From UHGV virus genome UHGV-0134778: a DNA stretch of 64,000 nt, one strand, 5' to 3'. Under the pieces are notes generated by a model. It did not search any database and was not told where the DNA came from. It was given only the letters and a program-made list of their open reading frames with translations. Positions 18,002 to 26,869 of this stretch are shown one piece after another (the stretch's first letter is position 1; each line of letters starts with the position of its first letter). The position numbers and the translations under genes were made by a program. The stretch comes from a virus.

Positions 18002-18412
18002 TCATTTAAGTTTAATGCAGTTTTTAAGCTGGCGTTCCATACGATCCACAACCCTGTCTGGAACATCATGAATGCTTTTATTACCATGGCGGTTTTCAAC
18101 CACGATCACGGTATAACTATATCCATGACTGATCGCCATGTCAATATATTCTTGCACATATTTTTCTTTTGTAAACGTATTACTTACCACGATACGGTCG
18201 TAGCCCATACGCATCATATCTTCTACGTTATCTTTGCACCATTTTGCTGCAAGTGTTACTTTACTTGCATCCCAATTGTAATTGCCGTCATCGTCGTACC
18301 AGAACATATCGTTCTCAAAATGTGGATACAGACCTTCTAAAGATAGCGCATTTGCCAGTGTTGATTTGCCAGACCCTGGTAGACCACGCACGATATATAG
18401 CATTTTAGACAT
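18002..18412 (-). CDS. polynucleotide 5'-kinase-like P-loop kinase
   Basis: Walker A GLPGSGKST plus IVVSNT segment resembling the T4 Pnk kinase domain (CPGSGKST ... ISDTN); start trimmed to MSKMLYIVRG. Confidence 0.55.
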   Translation of the reverse strand: MSKMLYIVRGLPGSGKSTLANALSLEGLYPHFENDMFWYDDDGNYNWDASKVTLAAKWCKDNVEDMMRMGYDRIVVSNTFTKEKYVQEYIDMAISHGYSYTVIVVENRHGNKSIHDVPDRVVDRMERQLKNCIKLK

Positions 18413-18533
18413 AGTAACTCTCCGTTTTAATTTTAATGATAGTATACCTAACTGTTTTGTTAATTTCAAGTGTTGACACCAAGTTATTTGTGTGGCAGGA
18501 TAAAGGGACAAAATGACAAATGAGGAATGTATA

Positions 18534-19448
18534 ATGAAGTATTTTAATGCAGACGACCTAGTTGACAAAGGTCTTGTAACCAGCAGATATTACCCGGATC
18601 TTGGGTTAAAGATCTATAAATATGCCAGAAAAGTATTCTACAACAATTTATGGCATTTGTCTCCTCGTTTGCTGGAGTGCCGAGGCATTGTTGTCGGTAA
18701 TGAAGGAAATGTTGTGGCATGGCCCTTCACAAAAGTGTTTAACTTGGGAGAAAATTCCACCAACCTGCCTGACAATAAACTTGTGACGGCGGTAGAGAAA
18801 AAGAACGGATTCCTTGGTGTGGTATCATCTCATAAAGGTGAACTATTGTTCTCAACAACCGGGTCTCTTGATTCTCCATATTGTAACCTTGCAAAGGAAA
18901 CAATCCAGGAGCAATGTGGTAATTTAGATCTTATCAAGAGGGTTATGGGCCATGAAAACATGACATTCATGTTTGAAATTTGTCACCCTTCAGATCCGCA
19001 TATTGTTCAGGAAGATCATGGCGCATATTTGATAGGTTGCAGATATAATGATTCTGGAATAATGCTACCAGAAGCAGCTTTAGATGGGATTGCCAAATAC
19101 CTTGGTGCAAAACGTCCTCACACTGTGCGTGAAATTCCGTTCAGCTATGCAAAAGAATTAGCTGCAGAAACAAGAGGTGAAGGGTATATGATTCGTAAGC
19201 CTTACTACCCTTATGATCTGCAGCTGAAGATCAAGTCTCCATACTATTTGGCACGGAAGGCCGTAATGAGGGGTAAAGCTTGGAAGATTTGGGATGATGA
19301 TATCTTTAAACGTGTTGACGAAGAGTTTTATGGCATGGTAAACTTCATTCGTAGCAATTACACAGAAGATGTGTGGAACTGCCTCCTGGAGCAAGAACGT
19401 CGTGAGATACTTGACTGCTATTTCCACAACGAGGACTATATGCAATGA
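18534..19448 (+). CDS. putative RNA ligase (covalent nucleotidyltransferase superfamily)
   Basis: Ligase motif I KxNG (EKKNGFLG), motif IV-like EGYMIRK, motif V-like LKIK; ~300 aa, too small for a DNA ligase and a separate DNA ligase gene exists; start at second ATG with GAGGAA RBS (ORF-track start 18513). Confidence 0.5.
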   Translation: MKYFNADDLVDKGLVTSRYYPDLGLKIYKYARKVFYNNLWHLSPRLLECRGIVVGNEGNVVAWPFTKVFNLGENSTNLPDNKLVTAVEKKNGFLGVVSSHKGELLFSTTGSLDSPYCNLAKETIQEQCGNLDLIKRVMGHENMTFMFEICHPSDPHIVQEDHGAYLIGCRYNDSGIMLPEAALDGIAKYLGAKRPHTVREIPFSYAKELAAETRGEGYMIRKPYYPYDLQLKIKSPYYLARKAVMRGKAWKIWDDDIFKRVDEEFYGMVNFIRSNYTEDVWNCLLEQERREILDCYFHNEDYMQ

Positions 19449-19795
19449 AGAAGTTGATTGTGTGGCTGGATGACTTGAGAGATCCGTCAAATTATGGGCT
19501 CCCAGATGCTCTTTGGCTAAAGAATTCCTCTGAGTTTATGGATTTTATTAACGATAAGGGAAAGCTCTACAGGCGCGTTTCTGAGTGGCACATGGACAAC
19601 GATCTTGGAGAGGTATTTGAAGGGTACGATTGCCTATCTATGTTGGAGGAAAAATTTGTATTTGGTAAGCCTCCTGTAGTTGACAACGTGAAGATTTTCG
19701 TGCATACTTCTAACCCATCAGCGGCTCGTAAATTCATGATTGCTGCTGACTCGTTTAAAAAGTTTGGAATAGAGATTAAACAAAACATCTACTGA
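19445..19795 (+). CDS. hypothetical protein
   Basis: 116-aa ORF overlapping the ligase stop; no motif recognised. Confidence 0.45.
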   Translation: MKKLIVWLDDLRDPSNYGLPDALWLKNSSEFMDFINDKGKLYRRVSEWHMDNDLGEVFEGYDCLSMLEEKFVFGKPPVVDNVKIFVHTSNPSAARKFMIAADSFKKFGIEIKQNIY

Positions 19796-19803
19796 GGACA
19801 CTT

Positions 19804-20565
19804 ATGCGACGACTGATCATTATCTCCGGTGCTGGTTTGAGCGCTGAATCTGGTATCCCCACTTTCCGATCTGGTGGCACTGCAATGTGGGAGAATTTCA
19901 GCATCGATGAGGTGTGTAACATCCACACCTTTGCCAAGAACTACTATAAGGTGCATGACTTTTACAATGCACGGCGTGTAGCTCTGGGCAGTGTTGATCC
20001 TAACCTTGCACATCTCCGGATCGCTGAGTGGTATTCACGCTGGTCTGGTCGTGTGATCAACCTGACAACCAATGTAGATGATTTGCTGGAGCGTGCTGGT
20101 GTAAAACATGAAGATATTTTACATGTCCACGGATATTTGCCAGAAATAGTCTACGAGGATGATGAAGGGAGTAACGTCATTAAAGACATTGGATACTCTG
20201 AGGTAGACGCAAGCAAGTATACTTGGGTTAAGCCTAATGTAGTGTTTTTCGGAGAAGTAGCTCCAAAGTATACAGACATGTATGACCTGTTGACTTCTCT
20301 GACGAGCAATGATATGGTTATCCTTGTAGGGTGCTCCAACACAGTTATCAATTTTAACTGGGAGCTATTCCCTGCCTGTAATAAGGGAACCAAACTGCTG
20401 ATCGTTAACAAATACGACTCACAGCATTTAGGGGAGAATGGCATTTCACGTAGTGACATTTACCAGTATGAGGATCGCGGCATCCCAGTTTGGTTTAACG
20501 GGGCGGTTGACGCTTTCTCTGATAAAACATTTATTGACATCGTAGAAAACTTTATGGAACTGTAA
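19804..20565 (+). CDS. Sir2-family (sirtuin-like) NAD-binding protein
   Basis: Canonical sirtuin motifs GAGLSAESGIPTFR, TTNVDDL, catalytic His in HVHG, VVFFGE; no Cys-rich zinc ribbon visible between the HG and FGE motifs. Confidence 0.8.
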   Translation: MRRLIIISGAGLSAESGIPTFRSGGTAMWENFSIDEVCNIHTFAKNYYKVHDFYNARRVALGSVDPNLAHLRIAEWYSRWSGRVINLTTNVDDLLERAGVKHEDILHVHGYLPEIVYEDDEGSNVIKDIGYSEVDASKYTWVKPNVVFFGEVAPKYTDMYDLLTSLTSNDMVILVGCSNTVINFNWELFPACNKGTKLLIVNKYDSQHLGENGISRSDIYQYEDRGIPVWFNGAVDAFSDKTFIDIVENFMEL

Positions 20566-20579
20566 GCGGAGGCCTTTTA

Positions 20580-21293
20580 ATGCTGAATACTAAACTGATC
20601 GACAACCTGGAAAAACTGTCTCAGCCTGAAAACTACCTTTGGTCTGCCAACTGGGTGGAAAATTGGAACCGTGTAGCAGCTAAAGTGAAAAAATCATACA
20701 CACCATTCGAACTTCAGCTGAGTTTCATTGAGGAAGAGTTCAATGAAGTTTTGGAAGAGTTGGAGAAAGGTGATGGTGGGGATCATCTCCTAAAAGAGGC
20801 CTGCGATCTTCACGTTGTCACAAGTTATGCCGCTTATCTTGTTAACGATAACCATGAAAAGTGGTCAAACCTGTTTGATAATCCGCGAGGTCTTAAGTTT
20901 AAGATCGGTGAATTTTATGATACACTGATCGCTGCGAAAAATACCTCTAAGCAAAGAGCGTCTGCTTACCGCTTAGCAGAGCTGTCAACGGCTTTACTGT
21001 TCCAGCTTCGCGGTGATGTGTGCGGGATGATGCGGAAGGTTCTAAAATCTAATGACAGCAAGTTTGCACGTGTCAACCATCTGCGGCATTCACACGGTGC
21101 CAGTGCAGATATGCCTGCTGAACAACTCATCGAGTTGGAGATTAAAGATCTTGAGCGACGCTTTGATGGTCGCTATGAAGGTTTTGTTGCTAAAGAAGAA
21201 TTCTACAACGGAAATAAAGTTATCATATTCCTCGACAGTAAAGGTAAGATTATGAAGCCTTCAAGCTTCAAGGATGTAACAGAATATATTTAA
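20580..21293 (+). CDS. hypothetical protein, possible MazG-like nucleotide pyrophosphohydrolase fold
   Basis: Acidic EExxE-like helix (FIEEEFNEVLEELEKGD) reminiscent of MazG/HisE all-alpha NTP pyrophosphatases; weak. Confidence 0.3.
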   Translation: MLNTKLIDNLEKLSQPENYLWSANWVENWNRVAAKVKKSYTPFELQLSFIEEEFNEVLEELEKGDGGDHLLKEACDLHVVTSYAAYLVNDNHEKWSNLFDNPRGLKFKIGEFYDTLIAAKNTSKQRASAYRLAELSTALLFQLRGDVCGMMRKVLKSNDSKFARVNHLRHSHGASADMPAEQLIELEIKDLERRFDGRYEGFVAKEEFYNGNKVIIFLDSKGKIMKPSSFKDVTEYI

Positions 21294-21299
21294 TAACAT

Positions 21300-21320
21300 A
21301 GCCGGGGCGATCCCGGCTTT
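21300..21320 (+). terminator. putative terminator hairpin
   Basis: GCCGGG-gcgat-CCCGGC followed by TTT, directly after the stop codon. Confidence 0.45.
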
Positions 21321-21357
21321 ACTTGTTTCGGAAAGTATGCAAGTGAGGTAGAAAGTT

Positions 21358-21666
21358 ATGTACAAGCACTCCAGAGATCTTGAAAACGATGATGTGTTTG
21401 GGGATCAGATGAAAGAATTGGTTAAACTTATAGGTAGGATAGAGGATAAGTTTGACACTAAGATCTACATCGACAGCAAAGTATTCAACCACAAAATATG
21501 GACAAATCTGTGTGTTGGACTGCATGGAGATAAAGATGTGGTAAATTTAGTTGTAATTAAGTTCATAGTGTGGCAGAATAAAACTATAAATTATTACGAT
21601 CCACACCTACTTGTTTACCCGATAAAAGACCTATTAGAGAAGGAGGACTGCAATGCCGTTATTTAA
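21358..21666 (+). CDS. hypothetical protein
   Basis: 102-aa ORF. Confidence 0.45.
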   Translation: MYKHSRDLENDDVFGDQMKELVKLIGRIEDKFDTKIYIDSKVFNHKIWTNLCVGLHGDKDVVNLVVIKFIVWQNKTINYYDPHLLVYPIKDLLEKEDCNAVI

Positions 21667-21922
21667 TCTTGCTAGACCTGTAGAAGCACACCAGTTTGAC
21701 GGAAGCTCTTCATCAGTATCTGATCTGCAACGGTGGATTGATACAGGTGTGTTTACACCGTCACCTGTTCGGACCAGAGATATTCTTCGCATGTGTGAGC
21801 TTGTCGAGCCGTTTGGTAACCTGGTCTTGTACCAAGGGGATTGGTTAGTTGACTTTATGGGAGACTGGTTGGTAATGAGCAAAGAAGAGATGTTTAAAAT
21901 TTTTAAGGAAGAGGCTGAGTAA
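21653..21922 (+). CDS. hypothetical protein
   Basis: 89-aa ORF with short overlaps to both neighbours. Confidence 0.4.
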   Translation: MPLFNLARPVEAHQFDGSSSSVSDLQRWIDTGVFTPSPVRTRDILRMCELVEPFGNLVLYQGDWLVDFMGDWLVMSKEEMFKIFKEEAE

Positions 21923-23205
21923 TGCATCAGATCAAAACAACACTGTACGCACTGAACAAAGATGGCAGCTACCAACAGTGGAAAGTATTCACGGATGGTG
22001 ATAAGGTTATCGTAGAGTTTGGCAAGCTTGATGGTAAACTGCAATACAAAGAGACGATCTGCACACCTAAGAACGTGGGTCGTGCCAATGAAACTACAGC
22101 TGAGCAACAGGCTGAGCTGGAAGCGATCAGTAAGTGGGAAAAACAAGTCCGTCTGGGGTATGTTGAAAATATGGAAGATTGCGAGCAGGGTGTTGACCTT
22201 TTACCCATGTTGGTGCATGACTACCTGAAGCGTGGAAAGGCACTTAAATTACCTTGCTGGATTTTGCGTAAGTTAGATGGCCTTCGTCTACTGGTTGTTT
22301 TCCAAAACGGTGAGCCTAAATTTATTTCCCGTGGTAATAAGTCCTACCCTATTCAAGGAAAGCTTCTGGAGCAACTTCGTTCTTTCCACTTCACCACCGG
22401 GATTAAACAGCTCGACGGAGAGATCTATATTCATGGTCTGCCTCTGCAGAAAATAGTGTCTCTTGCTAAACGTTGGCGCACACAGGAAGAGATTCAGGCC
22501 GAGATCGATAAAGACTACGAGGCAGATAAAAAACGCCGTCATGCCGCAATTAAGGCAGGCTTATCAACATACAAAAACTTCAATAAGGTAGATATTCCTG
22601 TTGATGTTGAGCCTGTTCGTGATGATTTGCGTTACGGAGGGTACTGTAGCTATGACTTAGAGTATCATATTTTCGACATCCCTAGTGACAAGGTATGGTG
22701 GGATCCAGAAACAGAATCTGGACGATGCAAGGATCTTATGGATGCAGAAGATACCATTACCACCCTGATGCTTGACCATATCAAGGTTGTTGACGCAGAG
22801 CTTGCGTACACAGTTGATCATTGCGAAGAATCTGTTGGTGTATTCATGTCCGAAGGATATGAAGGTACTATCATGCGTAACTTCTGCGGTAAATATGAAT
22901 ATGGTCAGCGAACATCTGAAGCATTGAAATGGAAAAAGTTCAACGATGCTGAGGTGAAAGTTATTGACGTTGAGAAAGATAAGAATGATGAAGGTGTTCT
23001 TATCTGCGTTGACAAGGAAGGTATCGTTGTTAAAATGAAGATGAAAGGCACGCACGAGGAGCGTAGCTATGACAGGATGCAGGAAATGATCGGCAAGTTT
23101 GTCACCTTCAAATATCAAGCAAGGACAGAAGACAACAACTACCAATTCCCTGTCGGCATCTGCGTCCGAAATGTTAACCCTGACACTTGGGAGGTTCTGG
23201 AATGA
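21922..23205 (+). CDS. ATP-dependent DNA ligase
   Basis: Motif I KLDG (ILRKLDGLR), motif III-like FDIPS, motif IV EGTIMR, motif V LKWKKF, followed by an OB-fold-sized C-terminal region. Confidence 0.7.
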   Translation: MHQIKTTLYALNKDGSYQQWKVFTDGDKVIVEFGKLDGKLQYKETICTPKNVGRANETTAEQQAELEAISKWEKQVRLGYVENMEDCEQGVDLLPMLVHDYLKRGKALKLPCWILRKLDGLRLLVVFQNGEPKFISRGNKSYPIQGKLLEQLRSFHFTTGIKQLDGEIYIHGLPLQKIVSLAKRWRTQEEIQAEIDKDYEADKKRRHAAIKAGLSTYKNFNKVDIPVDVEPVRDDLRYGGYCSYDLEYHIFDIPSDKVWWDPETESGRCKDLMDAEDTITTLMLDHIKVVDAELAYTVDHCEESVGVFMSEGYEGTIMRNFCGKYEYGQRTSEALKWKKFNDAEVKVIDVEKDKNDEGVLICVDKEGIVVKMKMKGTHEERSYDRMQEMIGKFVTFKYQARTEDNNYQFPVGICVRNVNPDTWEVLE

Positions 23206-23329
23206 TGTAGGAAGGTTTAGTAGGTAACGGTAGCCAATTGAATGATGGTTTTTCAATTGGCACCTACATAACCACATTATGCAGTGTTGTTGATCGGGTT
23301 AGTTATGAGTAAATTGGAGAGTATGAAAA

Positions 23330-23800
23330 ATGAAACTTGATAAAAATGTTCAACGAAAAGCTTTCTTGGATATGATCGCATATTCAGAAGGTACAGATAA
23401 TGGTAGACAACCTACCAAGGATCGGGGCTATGATGTCATAGTCGGTGGCAAGCTGTTTAGCGATTACAGTAAGCATCCAGGTGTGTACGTTAAGCTAAAT
23501 GCTAAACTTACCTCCTCTGCTGCGGGGCGCTACCAAGTTTTGGAGAAGTTTGCTAAACACTATATGAAACAGTTAGGATTACCAGATTTTGGCCCTGCCA
23601 GTCAGGATAAGATCGCACTACAATTGATCCGTGAGTGCAAGGCGCTCGATGATATTGATGAAGGTCGTATTCATCAGGCCATCCATCTTTGCAGATCCCG
23701 ATGGGCAAGCCTTCCTGGTGCAGGGTATGGTCAGCACGAACAGAAGATCGAAAAGTTGATCGAGGTGTTTAAAAAGTCAGGCGGTGTTGTCCTAGATTAA
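23330..23800 (+). CDS. endolysin, lambda R-type lytic transglycosylase
   Basis: Near-collinear similarity to lambda R as recalled (QRKAFLDM...SEGTDNGRQ...GYDVIVGG...WASLPGAGYGQ). Confidence 0.9.
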   Translation: MKLDKNVQRKAFLDMIAYSEGTDNGRQPTKDRGYDVIVGGKLFSDYSKHPGVYVKLNAKLTSSAAGRYQVLEKFAKHYMKQLGLPDFGPASQDKIALQLIRECKALDDIDEGRIHQAIHLCRSRWASLPGAGYGQHEQKIEKLIEVFKKSGGVVLD

Positions 23801-23803
23801 TCA

Positions 23804-23832
23804 TTGACATGACCACACGGATGTGGTATTGT
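23804..23832 (+). promoter_or_regulatory. sigma70-like promoter with palindromic spacer
   Basis: TTGACA-N17-TATTGT; spacer contains the palindrome CCACA-CGGA-TGTGG. Confidence 0.6.
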
Positions 23833-23863
23833 TACCCAGTAAAATGTTAAGGAGAGTTTAACC

Positions 23864-24070
23864 ATGAAAGATTTTCTGTTGGCAATTTTATTCATGGCAG
23901 CATGCTTTGCCTGTGGTGTCGTGTTTGCAGGTGAAACAGCGTATCTTGTAGATGTATATCGGGACAATGGTAAACGTATTTGCCTTTATGAAACAAGCCA
24001 AGGTGAGCTCTACGAGCTTGTGAAACAAGGCGAGGCTGGATCTTGTCCTCGGACTCACTTCTTCGAATAA
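23864..24070 (+). CDS. small membrane or secreted protein (possible lysis-associated)
   Basis: 68 aa with hydrophobic N-terminal segment LLAILFMAACFACGVVFA; directly downstream of endolysin; GGAG RBS. Confidence 0.45.
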   Translation: MKDFLLAILFMAACFACGVVFAGETAYLVDVYRDNGKRICLYETSQGELYELVKQGEAGSCPRTHFFE

Positions 24071-24080
24071 TGGTGGTAAT

Positions 24081-24299
24081 ATGGCTTTAGAAGGCACTGA
24101 TTATATTCACGATTATCGTGGGAGTGCAGTGTATGTGGGAGATACTGTTGCAGTATACTACGGTTATGGTTCCCTAGAAACAGCGAAGGTCATACAGATC
24201 AAGAATGACCGTGCTAAGCTTGAAGTTTATTACTCTAATGGCGAAAGATCGATTTCTAAGTGGAAAGATGGTCATTGTATGGTCAAATTGGAGGGCTGA
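24081..24299 (+). CDS. hypothetical protein
   Basis: 72-aa ORF. Confidence 0.4.
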   Translation: MALEGTDYIHDYRGSAVYVGDTVAVYYGYGSLETAKVIQIKNDRAKLEVYYSNGERSISKWKDGHCMVKLEG

Positions 24300-24763
24300 T
24301 GGAAGACGGACGTTTAATGAAGTCTGAACGCAGGCTTATTGTGCAACTGATCCCGGAAACAGCTTGGTATAATAACCTCAGAAACGCTGTGAAGAAGAGT
24401 GAGTGGGATAAGATCCGTAAGAAGTGCTACAGAGAAGCCAACTACACTTGTGAGGTGTGCGGTGGTAAAGGCAGCAAACATCCGGTGGAGTGTCATGAAC
24501 TTTACACTTTCGAAGAGGGAGTGATCCGGCTTGTCGGACTGATAGCGTTGTGCCCAGATTGTCACACATCGGTGCATCCTGGTTTAGCAAATATCCGTGG
24601 AAAGTATGCTCAGGCAGTTAATCAGTTGGCTAAGGTGAATAAGATCACCAAGGGTATGGCAGAGGCGTATTACCGAGACTGCTTTGCAGAGTGGCGTGAG
24701 CTTAGTAAAGTTCCAGAATGGAAGACTGACTTTTCGTGGATAGAGGGTTACCTTGATGGCTAA
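24299..24763 (+). CDS. putative HNH-family endonuclease (zinc-binding)
   Basis: CEVCG ... HPVECHELY ... LIALCPDCHTSVH matches the Cys/His spacing of HNH nucleases; start set at the ATG overlapping the upstream stop (ORF-track start 24260). Confidence 0.45.
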   Translation: MEDGRLMKSERRLIVQLIPETAWYNNLRNAVKKSEWDKIRKKCYREANYTCEVCGGKGSKHPVECHELYTFEEGVIRLVGLIALCPDCHTSVHPGLANIRGKYAQAVNQLAKVNKITKGMAEAYYRDCFAEWRELSKVPEWKTDFSWIEGYLDG

Positions 24764-25046
24764 GAAACCTGTAAAAGAGAAATTCGATAAGACAGCTTTT
24801 GTATTTGATACGCCTCTGGACGACATTATCAGAGGTATGCAAGCACTGTATCGAAAGGCTGAATCTGAGCAGTTGTCTGAATCAGAACTTTACTGGCTTG
24901 GTTGGTGGGAGTTAAACCTGCCTAAAGCTGAAAGTTCTTGTCTGAGAACTGTTAAAACGTGCGCCCAAGAAAACGCCGCACTTGGAATCTACCACAAAAG
25001 GAAAAGACCAACAAAAAGCTCTCCAAGAAAGACTAAAAAGTCTTGA
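24753..25046 (+). CDS. hypothetical protein with basic C-terminus
   Basis: 97-aa ORF. Confidence 0.45.
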   Translation: MMAKKPVKEKFDKTAFVFDTPLDDIIRGMQALYRKAESEQLSESELYWLGWWELNLPKAESSCLRTVKTCAQENAALGIYHKRKRPTKSSPRKTKKS

Positions 25047-25071
25047 CAAAAGTGCTATTAATCTGATATTA
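25043..25071 (+). promoter_or_regulatory. sigma70-like promoter
   Basis: TTGACA-N17-ATATTA upstream of the 25106 gene. Confidence 0.55.
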
Positions 25072-25105
25072 TCAGTCAGATATTTATAAACTAGGAGAAC
25101 TAGAC

Positions 25106-25414
25106 ATGCTTAAAATTTTTATTGTTGAAGATAAAGATATTGTCCAGTTGTATGCAAACGAGAATCATAAAGGTATGATCCTGAAGAAGGCAAGCAACCT
25201 TCATGAAAACACCATTCAACCTGGCGATGTAATTAAGATCTGTGGCTATCTGATACCAGACTCCTTGATGAAAATAACCCACCACTGGGGGTCTAATCCG
25301 TTCCTTTTTGAAAAATATTGGGATGTTGAGTCACTTATTGCAGAGAGTGATGATGCATTCCATTACAGCATCCAACCATCTTGCAGAATAACTAACAGGA
25401 GGGTCTTTGAGTAG
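25106..25414 (+). CDS. hypothetical protein
   Basis: 102-aa ORF with AGGAGA RBS. Confidence 0.5.
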   Translation: MLKIFIVEDKDIVQLYANENHKGMILKKASNLHENTIQPGDVIKICGYLIPDSLMKITHHWGSNPFLFEKYWDVESLIAESDDAFHYSIQPSCRITNRRVFE

Positions 25415-26546
25415 AGAATATCCGCTTATTGAGTCCATAGATTGTCTAGCTGATCTTCTTGAACCTGACGCTATAGTTTATTATGACTTCGATCAGGTTG
25501 CATATCAAGCTGCAGCAAGTTGTGAAAAAAGGACAATTGAGGTAACACATAAAGCCTCAGGACGTAAGAAGGTGTTTAAAACACGAACAGAGTTTTGGGG
25601 GAGACAGAAGAACGCAGTTGGTGGTTGGTTAAAGGCTGAGAACACCAACCGTGAAGCTGCATGTAAAAAAGCTGGTAAGGAGTTTATTCCGTGGACACGA
25701 GAAGATTTCGATGTCTTGGATATCCAAACCCCTGATCCTGTAGAGAACTGCTTGCACACAATTAAGTGTAAAGCTAATGCAGTCCTTAACTATCTCGGTA
25801 TTCCTGAAGATCGGTGCGTAGGAGTGCTTGGGGGTACTGGTAATTTCAGACTAGATCTTCCCATGCCGGAACGATATAAAGCCAACCGTAACAATACTCT
25901 TCGACCACTGTTGCTTGAAGATGCAAGACAGTATCTCCAAAAGCAATATAACGCTCAAGTGATCAACGGTATTGAAGCTGACGACTGGTTAGCTATCCAG
26001 CAATTTGAAGGTTGGAACCACTACCAGAAAACAGGCAAGTTCAACAAGTTTATTATCTCTATAGATAAGGACCAGCGAACACTTCCTGGGCTTGTATTCG
26101 ATCCGATGAGGAACGATAAAGGTGATTTTGTAAGAGAGACACCTATGCTCATTGATAACGGTATGGGTAACATATTCATGAAACCAAACGGCGATGTTGG
26201 TGGGTATGGAATGTTGTTCTTCGGTTATCAAATGCTATGTGGTGACTCAGCTGACAATATTAAGCCTTACCAAGGTCTTATTGGTAAAGGGAAGTTTGGA
26301 GATGCATCTGCATTCTCCTTGCTGTCCCAGTGCAGCACACCGAAAGAGATGTGGTTAACAATCATTGATCAGTATAAAAAATGGTTTCCGAAAGGTGCTG
26401 TTAAGTATACCGATTTCAATGGTATCGACCGTAGGATTTCCGTAGGTCAGTGGATGAGTATAATTTTTGACTGTTTGTATATGAAGCGAACATTCAATGA
26501 TCAAACAAAACTTGTTAACGTTCTTAGAAATGTTGGAGCAATTTGA
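25407..26546 (+). CDS. 5'-3' exonuclease / flap endonuclease (FEN-like)
   Basis: GIEADDW motif and H3TH-like motif GDSADNIKPYQGLIGKGKFG, with acidic clusters typical of 5' nucleases. Confidence 0.65.
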   Translation: MSREYPLIESIDCLADLLEPDAIVYYDFDQVAYQAAASCEKRTIEVTHKASGRKKVFKTRTEFWGRQKNAVGGWLKAENTNREAACKKAGKEFIPWTREDFDVLDIQTPDPVENCLHTIKCKANAVLNYLGIPEDRCVGVLGGTGNFRLDLPMPERYKANRNNTLRPLLLEDARQYLQKQYNAQVINGIEADDWLAIQQFEGWNHYQKTGKFNKFIISIDKDQRTLPGLVFDPMRNDKGDFVRETPMLIDNGMGNIFMKPNGDVGGYGMLFFGYQMLCGDSADNIKPYQGLIGKGKFGDASAFSLLSQCSTPKEMWLTIIDQYKKWFPKGAVKYTDFNGIDRRISVGQWMSIIFDCLYMKRTFNDQTKLVNVLRNVGAI

Positions 26547-26869
26547 TGACTAAAAATTCTGTAGATAATGCAATTATGGAAGCTGTTTTTGAGGATGATC
26601 ATACAACAGGGACCCTTAAAACAAAAAATACATTTATTGTTGCTACAGGTATGTGGCGGTTGTATGAAGATGACACTATTGCATACATCTTGTATACTGA
26701 TGATTACGCAGATGATCGTGTATGGTCTGCTGTTTTAAAAGAAGATTGTGAGCTGATTGAGGGCGAGCGGTTATGCATGTTTACCAGCGTGGAAACAGAC
26801 GTTAAGCTTTGCTCTCTTGTGCTATTCAAAGACAAAGCTTATTCCCCAGATGAAGAGGAAACAGCATGA
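26543..26869 (+). CDS. hypothetical protein
   Basis: 108-aa ORF. Confidence 0.45.
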   Translation: MMTKNSVDNAIMEAVFEDDHTTGTLKTKNTFIVATGMWRLYEDDTIAYILYTDDYADDRVWSAVLKEDCELIEGERLCMFTSVETDVKLCSLVLFKDKAYSPDEEETA

